A DNA stretch of 64,000 bases from an uncultured delta proteobacterium (GTDB taxonomy: Bacteria > Myxococcota_A > Polyangia > Fen-1088), in contig CAWCMR010000007.1 of NCBI GenBank assembly GCA_963796685.1, forward strand, positions 1-64,000, given 5' to 3'. Of this stretch, positions 45,613 through 57,538 are shown piece after piece. Every line of letters starts with the position of its first letter. Position 1 is the first letter of the stretch. The notes beneath the pieces are model-generated. The model worked only from the letters and a program-made list of their open reading frames with translations, did not search any database and had not been told where the DNA came from. The position numbers and the translations under genes were made by a program.

Positions 45613-47152
45613 ATGTCTGCGACCTTTCCCCAGCTATCCGCCGACACGTTCATGCGAACGGCGTTCGAGAAGTTCCCGACCGGGCTCGTAGTCGTGGACG
45701 AGTCAGGCAAGATGGCGCTGGTCAATCGCGCAGTCGAACGCCAGTTCGGATACACCCGCGATGAGCTCCTTGGGCGGTCCGTGGAGATTCTCGTACCTCA
45801 TGACCTGGCCGTGGGACACGCGAAGCTGCGCGCCCAGTACGCCGCCATCCCCACCTCTCGCCGAATGGGCGCCGGTCGCGAGCTGCTCGGACGTCACAAG
45901 GATGGGCGCCAGATCCCAGTCGAGATAGGACTGACGTCGTTGTCGACCCCGGAAGGGCTCTTCGTTCTCGCAACCATCACCGATGTTCGCGAGCGCCGCC
46001 ATCTGGAGAATCGCCTTCGCCAGCCACACAAGTTGGAGGCCCTGGGCAGTCTGGCCAGTGGCATTGCCAACGACTTCAACAACATTCTCCTCAATGTCAT
46101 GGGCTACACCGAACAGGCGCGAGCGGTGTTGGCCGACAGGCCTTCGGCAGTGGCCGAGCTCGATGTCGCCCTGGACACGATCCGCCGCGGGCGGGAATTG
46201 GTGAACCGCATTCTCGTGTTTGCGCGCACCACCGATCCCGTGCGCACCCAAACCGATGTTGCGAAATCCGTCCGCGAAGCCATCCGGCTGCTGCAAACCA
46301 CGCTTCCCTCCGGCATCGAGATCCGCGAAGGTATCGACGCGAAGACGCCGCATTTGCTGGCGGATGACGACGAGCTTCGCCAGATCGTCATGAACCTGGC
46401 GACCAATGCGGCCCAGGCCATGCAAGTGCGGGGAGGCGTTCTCGAGATCCACCTGGCGCCCGTGGCGGTGGACAAGCTCTTCATCGTCGACCATCCCGGG
46501 ATGCGCGAAGGACTCCACGTGCACCTTCGGGTCTCGGACACCGGTATGGGGATTCATCCCGAGGACATCGGCCATATCTACGAGCCCTTCTTCACCACCA
46601 AGCCGGGCGGTGAAGGTTCCGGGCTGGGCCTGGCGGTCGTCGATCAGATCGTCCAGTCGCTCGGCGGCACGATTGAGGTGAGGAGCCGCGTGGGCGAGGG
46701 GACGCGTTTCGACGTCTACATTCCGTCCATGTCGGTCCGGGCCACCCCGGTTCGAGATGAACGGCACCACGGCTTTGGCGGCCGAAATATCCTGCTCGTG
46801 GCTGGTGAGGGTGGCATGGTCCGCATGGGACAACGTCTACTGGAGTCGGCCGGCTTCGAGGTCACCGCGCACACCTCCAGCCTGCGCGCACTGGAGAGCT
46901 TCCGACTCCATCCCCAGCATTTCGATCTGCTCATCACCGACGACAGGATGCCGGATATGACAGGGCTCGCAGCTCGTGGACCGGATCATGGCCATCCGTC
47001 CAAGCCTGCCCGTCCTGATGGTGTCGGGCGCGGGCGAATCGACTCCCCTCGACGTGGCGAAGCTGCGCGGTGTCACCCGCGTTCTTCCCAAACCCTACGA
47101 CTCGGCGGTCCTGGAGGCCACGGTCAGGGAGATCCTGGATTCTTTACGCTAG
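45613..47152 (+). CDS. PAS hybrid histidine kinase, degenerate (H-box His to Asn; frameshift at ~46968)
   Basis: PAS domain; GIANDFNN; NLATNA; DTG.G; FFTTK; G.GLGL; the receiver continues LPVLMVSG...LPKPY in the adjacent frame to TAG 47152. Confidence 0.85.
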
Positions 47153-47302
47153 GTCGCTCAAGGTAACCCGCAGCAGGTCGAGGTGAAGCGCTCGTGGCTT
47201 TCTCGGGCTCGGCGTGGCGGAGATCACAGCGAAGGAGCGTCCGCGAAACGCTGTCGAGTATAGAATGAATCTTGGACGGCGTAGAAACTCCAGGAGGCCA
47301 CG

Positions 47303-48886
47303 ATGCGCTCTTCTATTGTGCTCACTTCACTTATGGGGTCCTTCCTCGCAGTGGTTGCCGGCTGTGGCTCGGACCAGGCCGACAACAGGCAGGATGCGCT
47401 ACCTAGCGACGGGAAGGACGCGGCCGCGGCCAGCGGGCAGGACGGGCCGACCGTCACCCCGCCGGACACGGCAGCAGACGCCGCGCAGGACACCGCCGCG
47501 GTCAACCCGCAAGATGCGGCCACCCTCGACGCGCAGGACGCGGCACAAGCAAATCCACAGGAGGTAGGGGGAGTCGACGCGCAGAGTGGGGGGGAGGTCG
47601 GGGCGTCCGAGGCGGGAGCCAATCCGGGAGCGTTGGCCAGCTCGTCCCTGGCGCGCGAGACCGTCGTGCTCGGCGACACGGAGAAGAGCGATTTGTCGAC
47701 CGGCATGTCGGCCTTCGCCTTTGCGCTGTTGCAGGAGCTCCGCGGAGATCCGTCCACGGTGAGCAACTTTGCCTTCTCGCCGGTCAGCATCGCGCTGGCG
47801 CTGGGCATGACCTATGCCGGCGCAGCGGGGAACACGGCGGTCCAAATGAAGGACTCCATGCACGTCGCCACTGCCAGCGACGTCTACTTCCGCTCGCTCA
47901 ATTGGCTCGACCAGCAACTCGAGTCCAGGGCGGATGCCGCCCTGAAACAGGCGCAGAACATGTACACCAGCAGCGGCAGCCAGGGCGCGGCCCCGGATGC
48001 AGCCAACTTTCGCCTGCACGTGGTGAATGCGTGTTGGGCCGACCGCACGTTGACCTTCGAGCAGCCGTACCTGGACACGCTGGCCGCAGAATTCGGCACC
48101 GGTGTCCACCTGGCCGACTTTTTGACCCAGCCGGAGACCGAGCGCATCGCCATCAATACGTGGGTGAGCCAGGAGACCTTGAATCGGATCAACGACCTCA
48201 TCCCCCCAGGCGCCATCGAATCGACCACGCGGGCGGTGCTGGTCAACGCCATCCACCTGAAGCTGCCCTGGTACGATCCCTTCGTCGCGACCAGCACGAG
48301 CCCGGCACTCTTCACCAAGACGGATGGCTCGACCGTGTCCGTTCCCTTCATGAACAAGAGCAGGCACTGGTCCTACGCGGAGGACGACACGACCCAGGCC
48401 GTTGCCATCCCGTTTTCGGGCAGCGCGGTCGAGCTCGTCGTTTTCCTGCCCAAAGCGACCTCGGCCCTGTCCCAGCTCGAAGACTCCCTGGCACAGGGCC
48501 ATGTGCAAACGCTCGTGGCTGGCATGGCGGGCGCGGACGTCAACCTGGCCTTGCCGAAGTTCGTGTTCACGACCGCGTCGGTACGCCTGAGCAACGCTCT
48601 GATTGGGCTGGGAATGGCGGACGCCTTCGACCCGGGCAAAGCCGACTTCACCGGCATGACCAAGGAAAAGCCGTTCTATATCGGCGACGTCGTTCACAAA
48701 GCCATGGTGGCGGTGGACGAGCACGGTGTCGAGGCGGCGGCGGCGACCGCCGTCATGATGGCGGGAAGCGGTCTTCCCACCGAGGTGAAGCAGGTGAACG
48801 TCAATCGGCCGTTCTTCTTCGGCATCTACGACCAGCCCACCTCGACCTGGCTCTTCTTGGGGCACGTCACCGATCCGTCGTCGTAG
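47303..48886 (+). CDS. Serpin-family lipoprotein
   Basis: Lipobox VAGC; NFAFSP.SI..ALGM; LVNAIHLK; EHGVEAAAATAV hinge; NRPFFF; LFLGHVTDP. Confidence 0.93.
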   Translation: MRSSIVLTSLMGSFLAVVAGCGSDQADNRQDALPSDGKDAAAASGQDGPTVTPPDTAADAAQDTAAVNPQDAATLDAQDAAQANPQEVGGVDAQSGGEVGASEAGANPGALASSSLARETVVLGDTEKSDLSTGMSAFAFALLQELRGDPSTVSNFAFSPVSIALALGMTYAGAAGNTAVQMKDSMHVATASDVYFRSLNWLDQQLESRADAALKQAQNMYTSSGSQGAAPDAANFRLHVVNACWADRTLTFEQPYLDTLAAEFGTGVHLADFLTQPETERIAINTWVSQETLNRINDLIPPGAIESTTRAVLVNAIHLKLPWYDPFVATSTSPALFTKTDGSTVSVPFMNKSRHWSYAEDDTTQAVAIPFSGSAVELVVFLPKATSALSQLEDSLAQGHVQTLVAGMAGADVNLALPKFVFTTASVRLSNALIGLGMADAFDPGKADFTGMTKEKPFYIGDVVHKAMVAVDEHGVEAAAATAVMMAGSGLPTEVKQVNVNRPFFFGIYDQPTSTWLFLGHVTDPSS

Positions 48887-48888
48887 CA

Positions 48889-49113
48889 TTGGACGCCCCG
48901 GGGACCTCCACCTCGGCGACGATTTGCAGCGCGTGTGTGGCTGGTCAGTATTGTTCGGGTGGCGACGCGGAGCCGGTCGCTTGCGCAGGCGACACTTGGG
49001 ATAATGACCTCAGCCCTGCCACCCCTTGTGTGGCGAAGACCTCGTGTCTGCCTGGCACCTTCGTCGGCTCCGAGGGGAGCGCAATCAGCGACCGGACGTG
49101 CGCGGCGTGTGCC
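48889..49113 (+). pseudogene. Orphan TNFR-like Cys-rich repeat fragment
   Basis: CSACVAGQYC...C...WDND..PATPC...C.PGTFV..GSAISDRTCAAC; no signal peptide. Confidence 0.5.
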
Positions 49114-49256
49114 ACTCGAGGACGCTCCCATGCCGCGGCGCCTCGCTCGCAAATGCCTTCAGGGGAGAAGACGGCGTTCACCTTGTGCTCGCATCGGACG
49201 CCACGGCACGCCCCTGCGAGAGAGTGGTACCGATCGGCCGCTGCGGGGAGGTGAAA

Positions 49257-49847
49257 TCAGGGCGCCTGGCGGGTCGGGGAGTTGATGTCCCAGAGGGCGC
49301 CGATGTCGAAGGCCACTGCGTCGAACGGCGGAATTCGCGCCTCGCCTTCGCCGCCGAACGTATCGGCGACCATCCAGCCACGCTCGCCACGGCTGAGGAC
49401 CTCGATCGTGCGCGCGGATGGATCGACAAACCACAGCCAGGACACGCCGTGCTCGCGGTAGATGTGCTGCTTGCGGGTCCGATCGATGAGAGCCGTGGCG
49501 GGCGAGAGAACCTCGCACACCCAGTCGGGCGCCATGGAGAAGTAGGCCACGTCGGGACATGTCGCCATGCGCTCGCGGCGCCAGCTTGCCAGGTCGGGCA
49601 CCAGCACCTGCGCGTCCAGGTGAAGCTCAGGCTCATCCAGGATGACCCAGCCGCCTGGGCCGCCGCGTCCCCTGTGAAACGGTCCCGCCAGCTCGCCTCC
49701 GATGGCCGAGCTGGCCACGGCGTGGCGTGAGGCCGGCCGAGGCGAGACAATCAAATCGCCGTCGACGATCTCTCCGATCACGTTCTCGGGGAGACGCAGG
49801 ACGTCCTCGTAACTGGCGGGGCGGGACTTCGTCGAGGCAGACGACAT
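49257..49847 (-). CDS. Uma2-family PD-(D/E)xK endonuclease-like protein
   Basis: EIVDG.L..SPRP..H; EPEL; VPDLA.W; APDWVCEVLSP; WFVDP. Confidence 0.9.
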   Translation of the reverse strand: MSSASTKSRPASYEDVLRLPENVIGEIVDGDLIVSPRPASRHAVASSAIGGELAGPFHRGRGGPGGWVILDEPELHLDAQVLVPDLASWRRERMATCPDVAYFSMAPDWVCEVLSPATALIDRTRKQHIYREHGVSWLWFVDPSARTIEVLSRGERGWMVADTFGGEGEARIPPFDAVAFDIGALWDINSPTRQAP

Positions 49848-49955
49848 GGCGCAAGTCTAGCAGTTTCCAAGGAACGCGATTCGTCTGACCATGGACCACC
49901 CGGCGGAAGTGCTATGAGCCATGATAGAAGAGGCCTTTATCCCATCCTTCGTCCC

Positions 49956-51710
49956 ATGTACCCGATCATGCTCGATCTGCGCGGTCGCCGCTGCCTCCTC
50001 GTGGGGGCAGGGCAGGTCGCGTATCGGAAGCTGCAGCGCCTGCTCGCGGAGCACGCCGTGGTGACGGTTGTTGCTCCCACTGCGATCGCGCCCATCACGC
50101 GGCTTGCAACCGAGGGCAAGGTCACCCTGGTCGAGAGGCCGTTCGTCGACGCCGACGTGGATTCATGTCAGCTCGTCATGGTCGCCACCGGCGACCGTGG
50201 CGTGGATGAGCAGGTCAAGCGCGCGGCGCGGGCTCGCGCTGTCTGGGTCAACGTCGCGGACGTGCCGGACCTGTGCGATTTCCACCTGCCGGCGGTCGTG
50301 CAGCGGGGGGATCTGCAGCTCGCGATCGCCTCCGGTGGCGGGGCGCCGTTTGCCGTGCGCCGGTTGCGCCAGATGTTCGAGCGCAAGATGGGACCGGCGT
50401 GGTCGGGCTGGCTGGCCGCCGCCAAGCGCTTCCGCAAGCGCGTGCAAGCGCAAGGACTTACCGTCGCAGCCGCGGACGCGTGCTACGACCGGTTCATCAC
50501 GGCCACGGTCGACGATGAGTCCCTCGACGTCCGCATCCCGAGCGAGTCCGAAGAATCCTCCTTCTGCGCCGACCCGATCCCGCCCGCTCGACGAGCCTTG
50601 GGGCAGGTCGCGCTGGTCGGCGCGGGCCCCGGCAATCCCGGCTTGCTCACCGTCGCGGGCCTCGACCGTCTGCGTGGCGCGGACGCCGTCGTCTACGATC
50701 GGCTCGCGATCCCGGCCATCCCGCTCGATCTCCCGGATCGCGTCGAGCTTCACGACGTGGGCAAGGCAACGGGGCGACATCCGGTGCCACAAGAAGAGAT
50801 CAATGCGCTGCTGTCGCGACTGGCCCGCGAGGGCAAGCGCGTGGTGCGGCTCAAGGGCGGCGATCCTTTCGTCTTCGCGCGCGGTGGCGAGGAAGCCCTC
50901 GCGCTTCGTCACGACGGCATCCCGTGCGAAGTCATTCCGGGCGTGACCGCGGGAATCGCGGTCCCGGCCGCGGCGGGCATTCCGGTCACGTTTCGGGGCG
51001 AGGCGGTCCGTCTGACGTTCGTCACCGCGCACGAGGGCGGAGCGCCGCAGGCGAGGTGGGATCTGCTGGCCCAGGATACGCACGCCACCCTCGTCGGATA
51101 CATGGGGGTGAGCACCTTGGCCGAGGTCAGCGCCGCCCTGATGGCCGCCGGGATGAACGGCACCACGCCCGCCGCGGTCATCGAGCATGGAACACTCGCG
51201 GCCCAGCGCTCGGTACGTGCCTCGCTGGCCGAGATCGTCGAGGTCGCCCAGCGCAGTGCCATCAAACCACCCGCGATCTTCGTCATCGGACAAGTGGTCG
51301 CGCACGCCGAGGTGCTCGCCTCTGTGCCGAGCCCGCTGCGCGGCGCCCGCATCGCCCTGTTCGCTCCGCGGTCGCAGCTCGGCGATGCCATTCAGGGCGC
51401 GGGCGCCGAGGTGTTGTTGGCTCCGGCGCCCCTGACCGCGGCCTCGCGCTTGGTGATGGGTGCGACGTGGCTGGCCGGGTGGATCGTGCAGACCGAGCGC
51501 GAGCTCGACACCCTCGAGGGTGAGAAGGCGGCTCGCTCTCTTCTCGGCGGGGGGGTGTTGTGGTGCATGGGCGGCGAGCTTGCACACTTGGCCCGCCAGC
51601 AAACATGGCCTCGCGTGGTCGAGCTCGATGGCAACGGCCCGCTCGCGGGCATCCTCGCAAAGCTGGGCGAAACCGTGGATGCCACAGGCACCAGACAAGA
51701 GGCACGGTAG
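49956..51710 (+). CDS. cysG: Siroheme synthase with extra C-terminal domain
   Basis: YPIMLDL..R.CLLVGAG.VA.RK; VNVAD.P.LCDF; VGAGPGNP; RLKGGDPFVFARGGEE; IPGVTAG. Confidence 0.9.
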   Translation: MYPIMLDLRGRRCLLVGAGQVAYRKLQRLLAEHAVVTVVAPTAIAPITRLATEGKVTLVERPFVDADVDSCQLVMVATGDRGVDEQVKRAARARAVWVNVADVPDLCDFHLPAVVQRGDLQLAIASGGGAPFAVRRLRQMFERKMGPAWSGWLAAAKRFRKRVQAQGLTVAAADACYDRFITATVDDESLDVRIPSESEESSFCADPIPPARRALGQVALVGAGPGNPGLLTVAGLDRLRGADAVVYDRLAIPAIPLDLPDRVELHDVGKATGRHPVPQEEINALLSRLAREGKRVVRLKGGDPFVFARGGEEALALRHDGIPCEVIPGVTAGIAVPAAAGIPVTFRGEAVRLTFVTAHEGGAPQARWDLLAQDTHATLVGYMGVSTLAEVSAALMAAGMNGTTPAAVIEHGTLAAQRSVRASLAEIVEVAQRSAIKPPAIFVIGQVVAHAEVLASVPSPLRGARIALFAPRSQLGDAIQGAGAEVLLAPAPLTAASRLVMGATWLAGWIVQTERELDTLEGEKAARSLLGGGVLWCMGGELAHLARQQTWPRVVELDGNGPLAGILAKLGETVDATGTRQEAR

Positions 51711-51817
51711 GTCGACCTTCAGGTAGACGGTCGGACGTTTTCCCGAACCATCGGGAAATATTCCCGCTCGTAGGTGCAAACGCGGCAATTTGCGCCCACT
51801 ATCCTGGGGCCAGCGCC

Positions 51818-51833
51818 CGGCACGAGAGTTGCT
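51818..51833 (+). promoter_or_regulatory. sigma54 promoter
   Basis: CGGCACGAGAGTTGCT; upstream dyad TTTCCCGA-N4-TCGGGAAA at 51739..51758. Confidence 0.7.
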
Positions 51834-51858
51834 GCACCACGACCCTAGGAGGTGCACC

Positions 51859-52344
51859 ATGAACCGAGGTCTAAAACGGGTCGTTGTTGCCGCGGCGTTT
51901 GGGTTCGCGGGGTCTTGCGGGTATGCCGCGCCCTACAGTAGCTCCGGGCCGGCAATGTCCAAGGAAGGTGTCGGCATTTCCATCGCGGGAGAGCGCTGTT
52001 TCGTCAACCGAAGCGCGGAGCCATTTCCCACCACGGTCGACGAAGACCAATTGAGCTTGGATTTGCGCCTGCAGGTCAAGAACGAGGCGACCCACCCGGC
52101 CGTGTTGTCGCTGGATCGCTTCCGAGTGTCCGAGAGCACCAGGGGCGAACGCGCGGTCATGCGGCCGATGGAATCCGGGGCGTTGGCCTTGGCTCCTGGT
52201 GAGACCAAGACGATCGCGCTGGCTTTCCAGAAACAGGGCGATCTCGATTGCCATCACGACATGGCGTTGGAGGCGGCAGGAGCCATCGCGATCGACGGTG
52301 GGCACGTCGATGTCCAACCCATTCACTTTCTTGCCTCGCGCTGA
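51859..52344 (+). CDS. Hypothetical lipoprotein (Ig-like)
   Basis: AGGAGG RBS; lipobox AGSC; LAPGETKT motif. Confidence 0.7.
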   Translation: MNRGLKRVVVAAAFGFAGSCGYAAPYSSSGPAMSKEGVGISIAGERCFVNRSAEPFPTTVDEDQLSLDLRLQVKNEATHPAVLSLDRFRVSESTRGERAVMRPMESGALALAPGETKTIALAFQKQGDLDCHHDMALEAAGAIAIDGGHVDVQPIHFLASR

Positions 52345-52398
52345 ATAGTTCACCCGAACGTCACTCTTCTGTAACAGAGCTTCATTATCTTCCCGTGC

Positions 52399-53955
52399 AT
52401 GCAAAACAAGACAAGACGTGTTTTCCATGCCCTGTGCTTCCTATCCTTCATCCTGCCCCCGGCGCTAGCGCGTGCCCAGTCGGGCGCCGCCTCCGAGGGG
52501 CAGCCGCCTCAGGAGTCGACGCCGGGCACCAGCGGCCCACTGTCGCAACCCTCGTCGTCCGGCATGTCGGCCTCGTCCCCGATGGCCCCTGTTTCCGCGC
52601 CGCCGCTCATTGCTGCTGTCGTATCGGCAACCCCGATGCCGGCCGCGCCTCCCAGCCATCCCCCGGTCACGTCGAAATTCAGCGCTACCCTTTACGGGTT
52701 CGTCGAGTTCGACTCCATTCTCGACTCGACCCAGAGCTTCAACGATCTGGCCGGGAACGGCACCATCGCCCATGGCGATTCGTACGCGGCGAAACACGAC
52801 CGCATGACGTTTGGCGCGCGCAACTCCCGCCTGGGCTTCAAGTTGAAGGGTCCCGAAAGCGAGCTTATCAAGTCCTCGGCCATCGCAGAGATGGACTTCT
52901 TCGGCAACCAGCCGCAGGGTTCGCCCGCCCCGGCCGGCTCACCCTCGGTGTCGGAGTCGGCCTACTTCGCCAACCCGACCTTCCGCATCCGTCACATGGC
53001 GCTCAAGCTCGAAACGCCCTACATCGATATCCTGGCCGGTCAGTACTGGCAGCTCTTCGGATGGCAATCCAACTTCCACCCCAACAGCGTGGATATCCAG
53101 GGGTTGCCAGGGCAAGTCTACTCGCGTGCCCCCCAGTTGCGCCTGTCGCACACGATCAAGACCGATATGGTGAACGTGGAGATCGCGGTGGCTGCCGTGC
53201 GTCCGACTCAGCGTGATTCGGGCCTGCCCGATGGACAGGCCGGCCTGCGCCTCACCCTCAATGATTGGAAAGGCATGCGCACCGCGGGTGGAACCGGAAC
53301 CTCCGTGGACCCCTTGTCCATCGGCGTCTCCGGCCTTGCTCGTCGTTTCCGTTTGCCCATTTTCGAGGCCGCGATGCCGACCGACCAGACCCAGACCATC
53401 AACGGTTACGGGTTTTCCGTCGACGGGTTCATCCCTGTCGTTCCCGCCACGGCCACGAACTGGGACAATGCCCTCACCCTGACCGCTTCGTTCGTGAAGG
53501 GGCAGGCCATTGCGGATCAGTTCACCGGACTCTCCGGCGGCGTCAGCCTCGTCTCGCCTGCCGCGCCCAGCGGAGGGTCCTCGTCCTTCATATCCGACAT
53601 CGACAACGGTTTGGTCATCTTCGACAGCAACGGCCAGATGCATGCCATCCGCTGGCAAGCGGTCATGCTCGGCCTGCAGTACTACTTCCCGACCACGCCG
53701 TTTCGCATGTGGGTGTCGGGCAACTACTCGCACATGAATTCCAGCGACATCAAGAACATCGTCGTCGGCACCTCCGGTCCCAACGTCAACAGCAAGCTCT
53801 TCGACAAGTCGGACTTCGCCGATGGCAACCTCTTCGTCGACGCCACCGAGTCCATCCGCTTCGGTCTGGAGTACGCCTGGTTCCGCCAGACCTTCCTCGA
53901 CGGAAGCAAGGGAACCAACCATCGCGTCCAGCTTTCGGGCTTTTATTTGTTCTAG
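52399..53955 (+). CDS. Outer-membrane porin-like protein (DcaP-like)
   Basis: Signal peptide; LYGFVEFD; ARNSRLGF; EMDFFG; LAGQYW; C-terminal Y-L-F beta-signal. Confidence 0.75.
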   Translation: MQNKTRRVFHALCFLSFILPPALARAQSGAASEGQPPQESTPGTSGPLSQPSSSGMSASSPMAPVSAPPLIAAVVSATPMPAAPPSHPPVTSKFSATLYGFVEFDSILDSTQSFNDLAGNGTIAHGDSYAAKHDRMTFGARNSRLGFKLKGPESELIKSSAIAEMDFFGNQPQGSPAPAGSPSVSESAYFANPTFRIRHMALKLETPYIDILAGQYWQLFGWQSNFHPNSVDIQGLPGQVYSRAPQLRLSHTIKTDMVNVEIAVAAVRPTQRDSGLPDGQAGLRLTLNDWKGMRTAGGTGTSVDPLSIGVSGLARRFRLPIFEAAMPTDQTQTINGYGFSVDGFIPVVPATATNWDNALTLTASFVKGQAIADQFTGLSGGVSLVSPAAPSGGSSSFISDIDNGLVIFDSNGQMHAIRWQAVMLGLQYYFPTTPFRMWVSGNYSHMNSSDIKNIVVGTSGPNVNSKLFDKSDFADGNLFVDATESIRFGLEYAWFRQTFLDGSKGTNHRVQLSGFYLF

Positions 53956-54000
53956 CGCGTGCGGAGCCTACGCTTCGCTGGTTTTGCCGGCAGCGCAGCG

Positions 54001-54120
54001 CCCCTCACCCGCCTCGCTACGCTCGGCGACCTCTCAGCCCTGCGGGCACTTCGGGTCCTACACGCCCTACACCTGCCCCCGCGGCTTCGCCGCGCCCTCG
54101 CCCGCTTCGCGGGGCGAGGT
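54001..54120. repeat. REP-like hairpin cluster
   Basis: Starts CCCCTCACCC and ends CCTCGCCCGC-TTC-GCGGGGCGAGG; related to the qmoA units. Confidence 0.5.
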
Positions 54121-54127
54121 GGTTTTG

Positions 54128-54298
54128 GGGTTCCCATCGATCGCGTAGGCGTAGCCGGGCTTCGCCCGGCGGAGCCAGAGCGCGGGAGGGTATGGGAACC
54201 CTCCCAGGGTTCCCATCGATCGCGTAGGCGTAGCCGGGCTTCGCCCGGCGGAGCCAGAGCGCGGGAGGGTATGGGAACCCTCCCAGGGTTCCCATCGA
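54128..54298. repeat. 79-bp palindromic tandem repeat (2 copies plus 13 bp)
   Basis: GGGTTCCCATCGA recurs at 54128, 54207 and 54286; internal hairpins GCCGGGC-TTC-GCCCGGC and GGGAACCCT..AGGGTTCCC. Confidence 0.9.
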
Positions 54299-54307
54299 CG
54301 ATAACCA

Positions 54308-55661
<1,354 letters not shown>

Positions 55662-55669
<8 letters not shown>

Positions 55670-57183
55670 TGGCGGTGTCCTCGGAGGATGGCAGTTTGAT
55701 GGTGGCCCTGGTTCCGTGTGGCGAGACGGATTCGAGGGTCAGCGAGCCGCGATGACTGGCCACGATTTCTTGCACGATGGCGAGGCCGATGCCCGTTCCC
55801 TGGCCGCTCGGCTTGGTGGAAAAGAACGGTTCGAGGACGCGGTCGGCGTCCGCGTGGGAAATGCCGGGCCCATCGTCGGCGACCGTCAGCAACAGCCCGT
55901 GATTGTGGTCCCCGTCGCGTGCGGAGACCACCACGTTTCCCCCGCTGCTGCAGGCATCGCAGGCGTTGAGCAGGAGATTCACGACCGCGTGCTCGATCAG
56001 ACGCGGATCGCCACGGATGACGGGAAGGCTCGGCGCAAGGTCCGTGTGCAGGCTGAACGCTTGCCTTGGCAAAGCGATGTTCCACCAGTGAGACCGCCCC
56101 TGCAACCAGGGCCGCCGGGTCGACAGGCTCGGCGGTCGGTCGGTCGCCGCGGGCCAGTCCCAGCAGTCCGCGAATGATGCGGTGGATGCGGTCGATCTGC
56201 TCGAGAATGATCCGTGCGCTGCCCGCCGCCCGTTCATCCCCCGCCAGCTTCGTGGCGAGTTGTTCGGCTCGGCCGGCGATGATCCCGAGCGGCGTGGAGA
56301 TCTCGTGCGCAACCCCCACCGCCAGGGTTCCCATGGTCGCCGCCCGTCCCGCGCGTTGCAGGCGTTCGTCGCGTTGACCGCTGACATCGGCGAGCTCGAG
56401 GCGATGGCGCAGCAGAAGCTGTTTGCGCTGATTGCGCATGGCCAGGCCACCGAAGCTGAGCACGAGCCCGCTCGCGGTGGCGACGCTCAAGACCAGACGC
56501 CAGCGCGCCCAACGTTCGCGGTCGCGTTCGCGCTCGGCGCTGGCGACGGCGACGATCCCCCATCGACCCGCGGGGCCTGCATCCACACGGGCCATGCCGG
56601 CAAGGGCCGTGCGTGCCGGTAGCCCTAGCTGGCCTGCCTCGGCAGGGGCCAGACGCAGATAGGTTCGCCCCTGCTCGAGGGCAGAGAGGATCCCTGGTGC
56701 CGCAACGAAGCGTCCGTCGGTGGTGTGAAATCCAGAAGCGCCGGGTGGGCGAAGTAGCACCATGAGTCGATTGGTCTGTTCGGTCGTCTTGAGATCGCGA
56801 AGCAAGGTGGACAGGGCGACGGTCAGGTCGACACTGTTTTCCCCTGGAAGGTGGAACGAGAGTTGGACGGCGCTGTCGCTCGCCGCTGGCGCGGGTCCGG
56901 GCTCCGTCCCGGCTGGGCGAACCACCACCGACAAGTAGCGCTCCAGCACCGAAGGGATATCCGGCTGCTCGGCGCGATGGCTCTGGGCAACTGCGAGCGC
57001 GTCGTGGCGAACCGCGGACAGGTGCGCGCTCAAGGCGCCGGCCAGACTCTGGGCCAAGGTGGTCTGCTCCTCGGCGAAATCGGCCAGCGCGGTCGCTCCC
57101 TCGCGCTCCTCGTCGACGTAGGCAAGACCGGCAATGGCGACGATGGCAAGCAGCATGAGCCAGAAGATCGAGGAGATCTTCAT
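55662..57183 (-). CDS. Membrane sensor histidine kinase (frameshift at ~56051)
   Basis: Two TM helices; GVAHEISTPL; second frame NLLLNA, DDGPG, FFSTK, GTGIGL. Confidence 0.88.
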
Positions 57184-57306
57184 TTGTTCATCACCGATCG
57201 CACCAGGGTTTGGGCGTTTCGCCTCACTTGCCCGCCGAGTGACTCTGGTTGTCATCGGCAGCCGCAACGTCTTTGAGGAAGAAATCATACCCTTGAACGA
57301 TGGGCA

Positions 57307-57322
57307 AGCAAGAGGTGCGCCG
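57307..57322 (-). promoter_or_regulatory. sigma54 promoter for the HK-RR operon
   Basis: CGGCGCACCTCTTGCT: GG-N10-GC. Confidence 0.55.
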
Positions 57323-57460
57323 GGGCTGAGTGCAGTCAAGTCGGACGCTTTCCCCCTCTCGAAATTGCCCGGGTCGGGATTTATTCCTGTTGCCTCGGAA
57401 TTCCTCCCGATCTCGGCGGCCTTCGCATCTCGAATCTCACGCAATTCCGGCGACTTTGGT

Positions 57461-57476
57461 TGGTACGGCGAGTGCT
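57461..57476 (+). promoter_or_regulatory. sigma54 promoter for the TolC-RND operon
   Basis: TGGTACGGCGAGTGCT: GG-N10-GC. Confidence 0.55.
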
Positions 57477-57538
57477 TATGGGACGAACTGTGGATTCGAC
57501 ACAGCCAAGGTTCGACTTGACTCGGAGCGGCGGAATCA

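Noticed and set aside
54128-54298. Possible CRISPR array
   Set aside because: Units are identical end to end with no unique spacers, and no cas genes are present.
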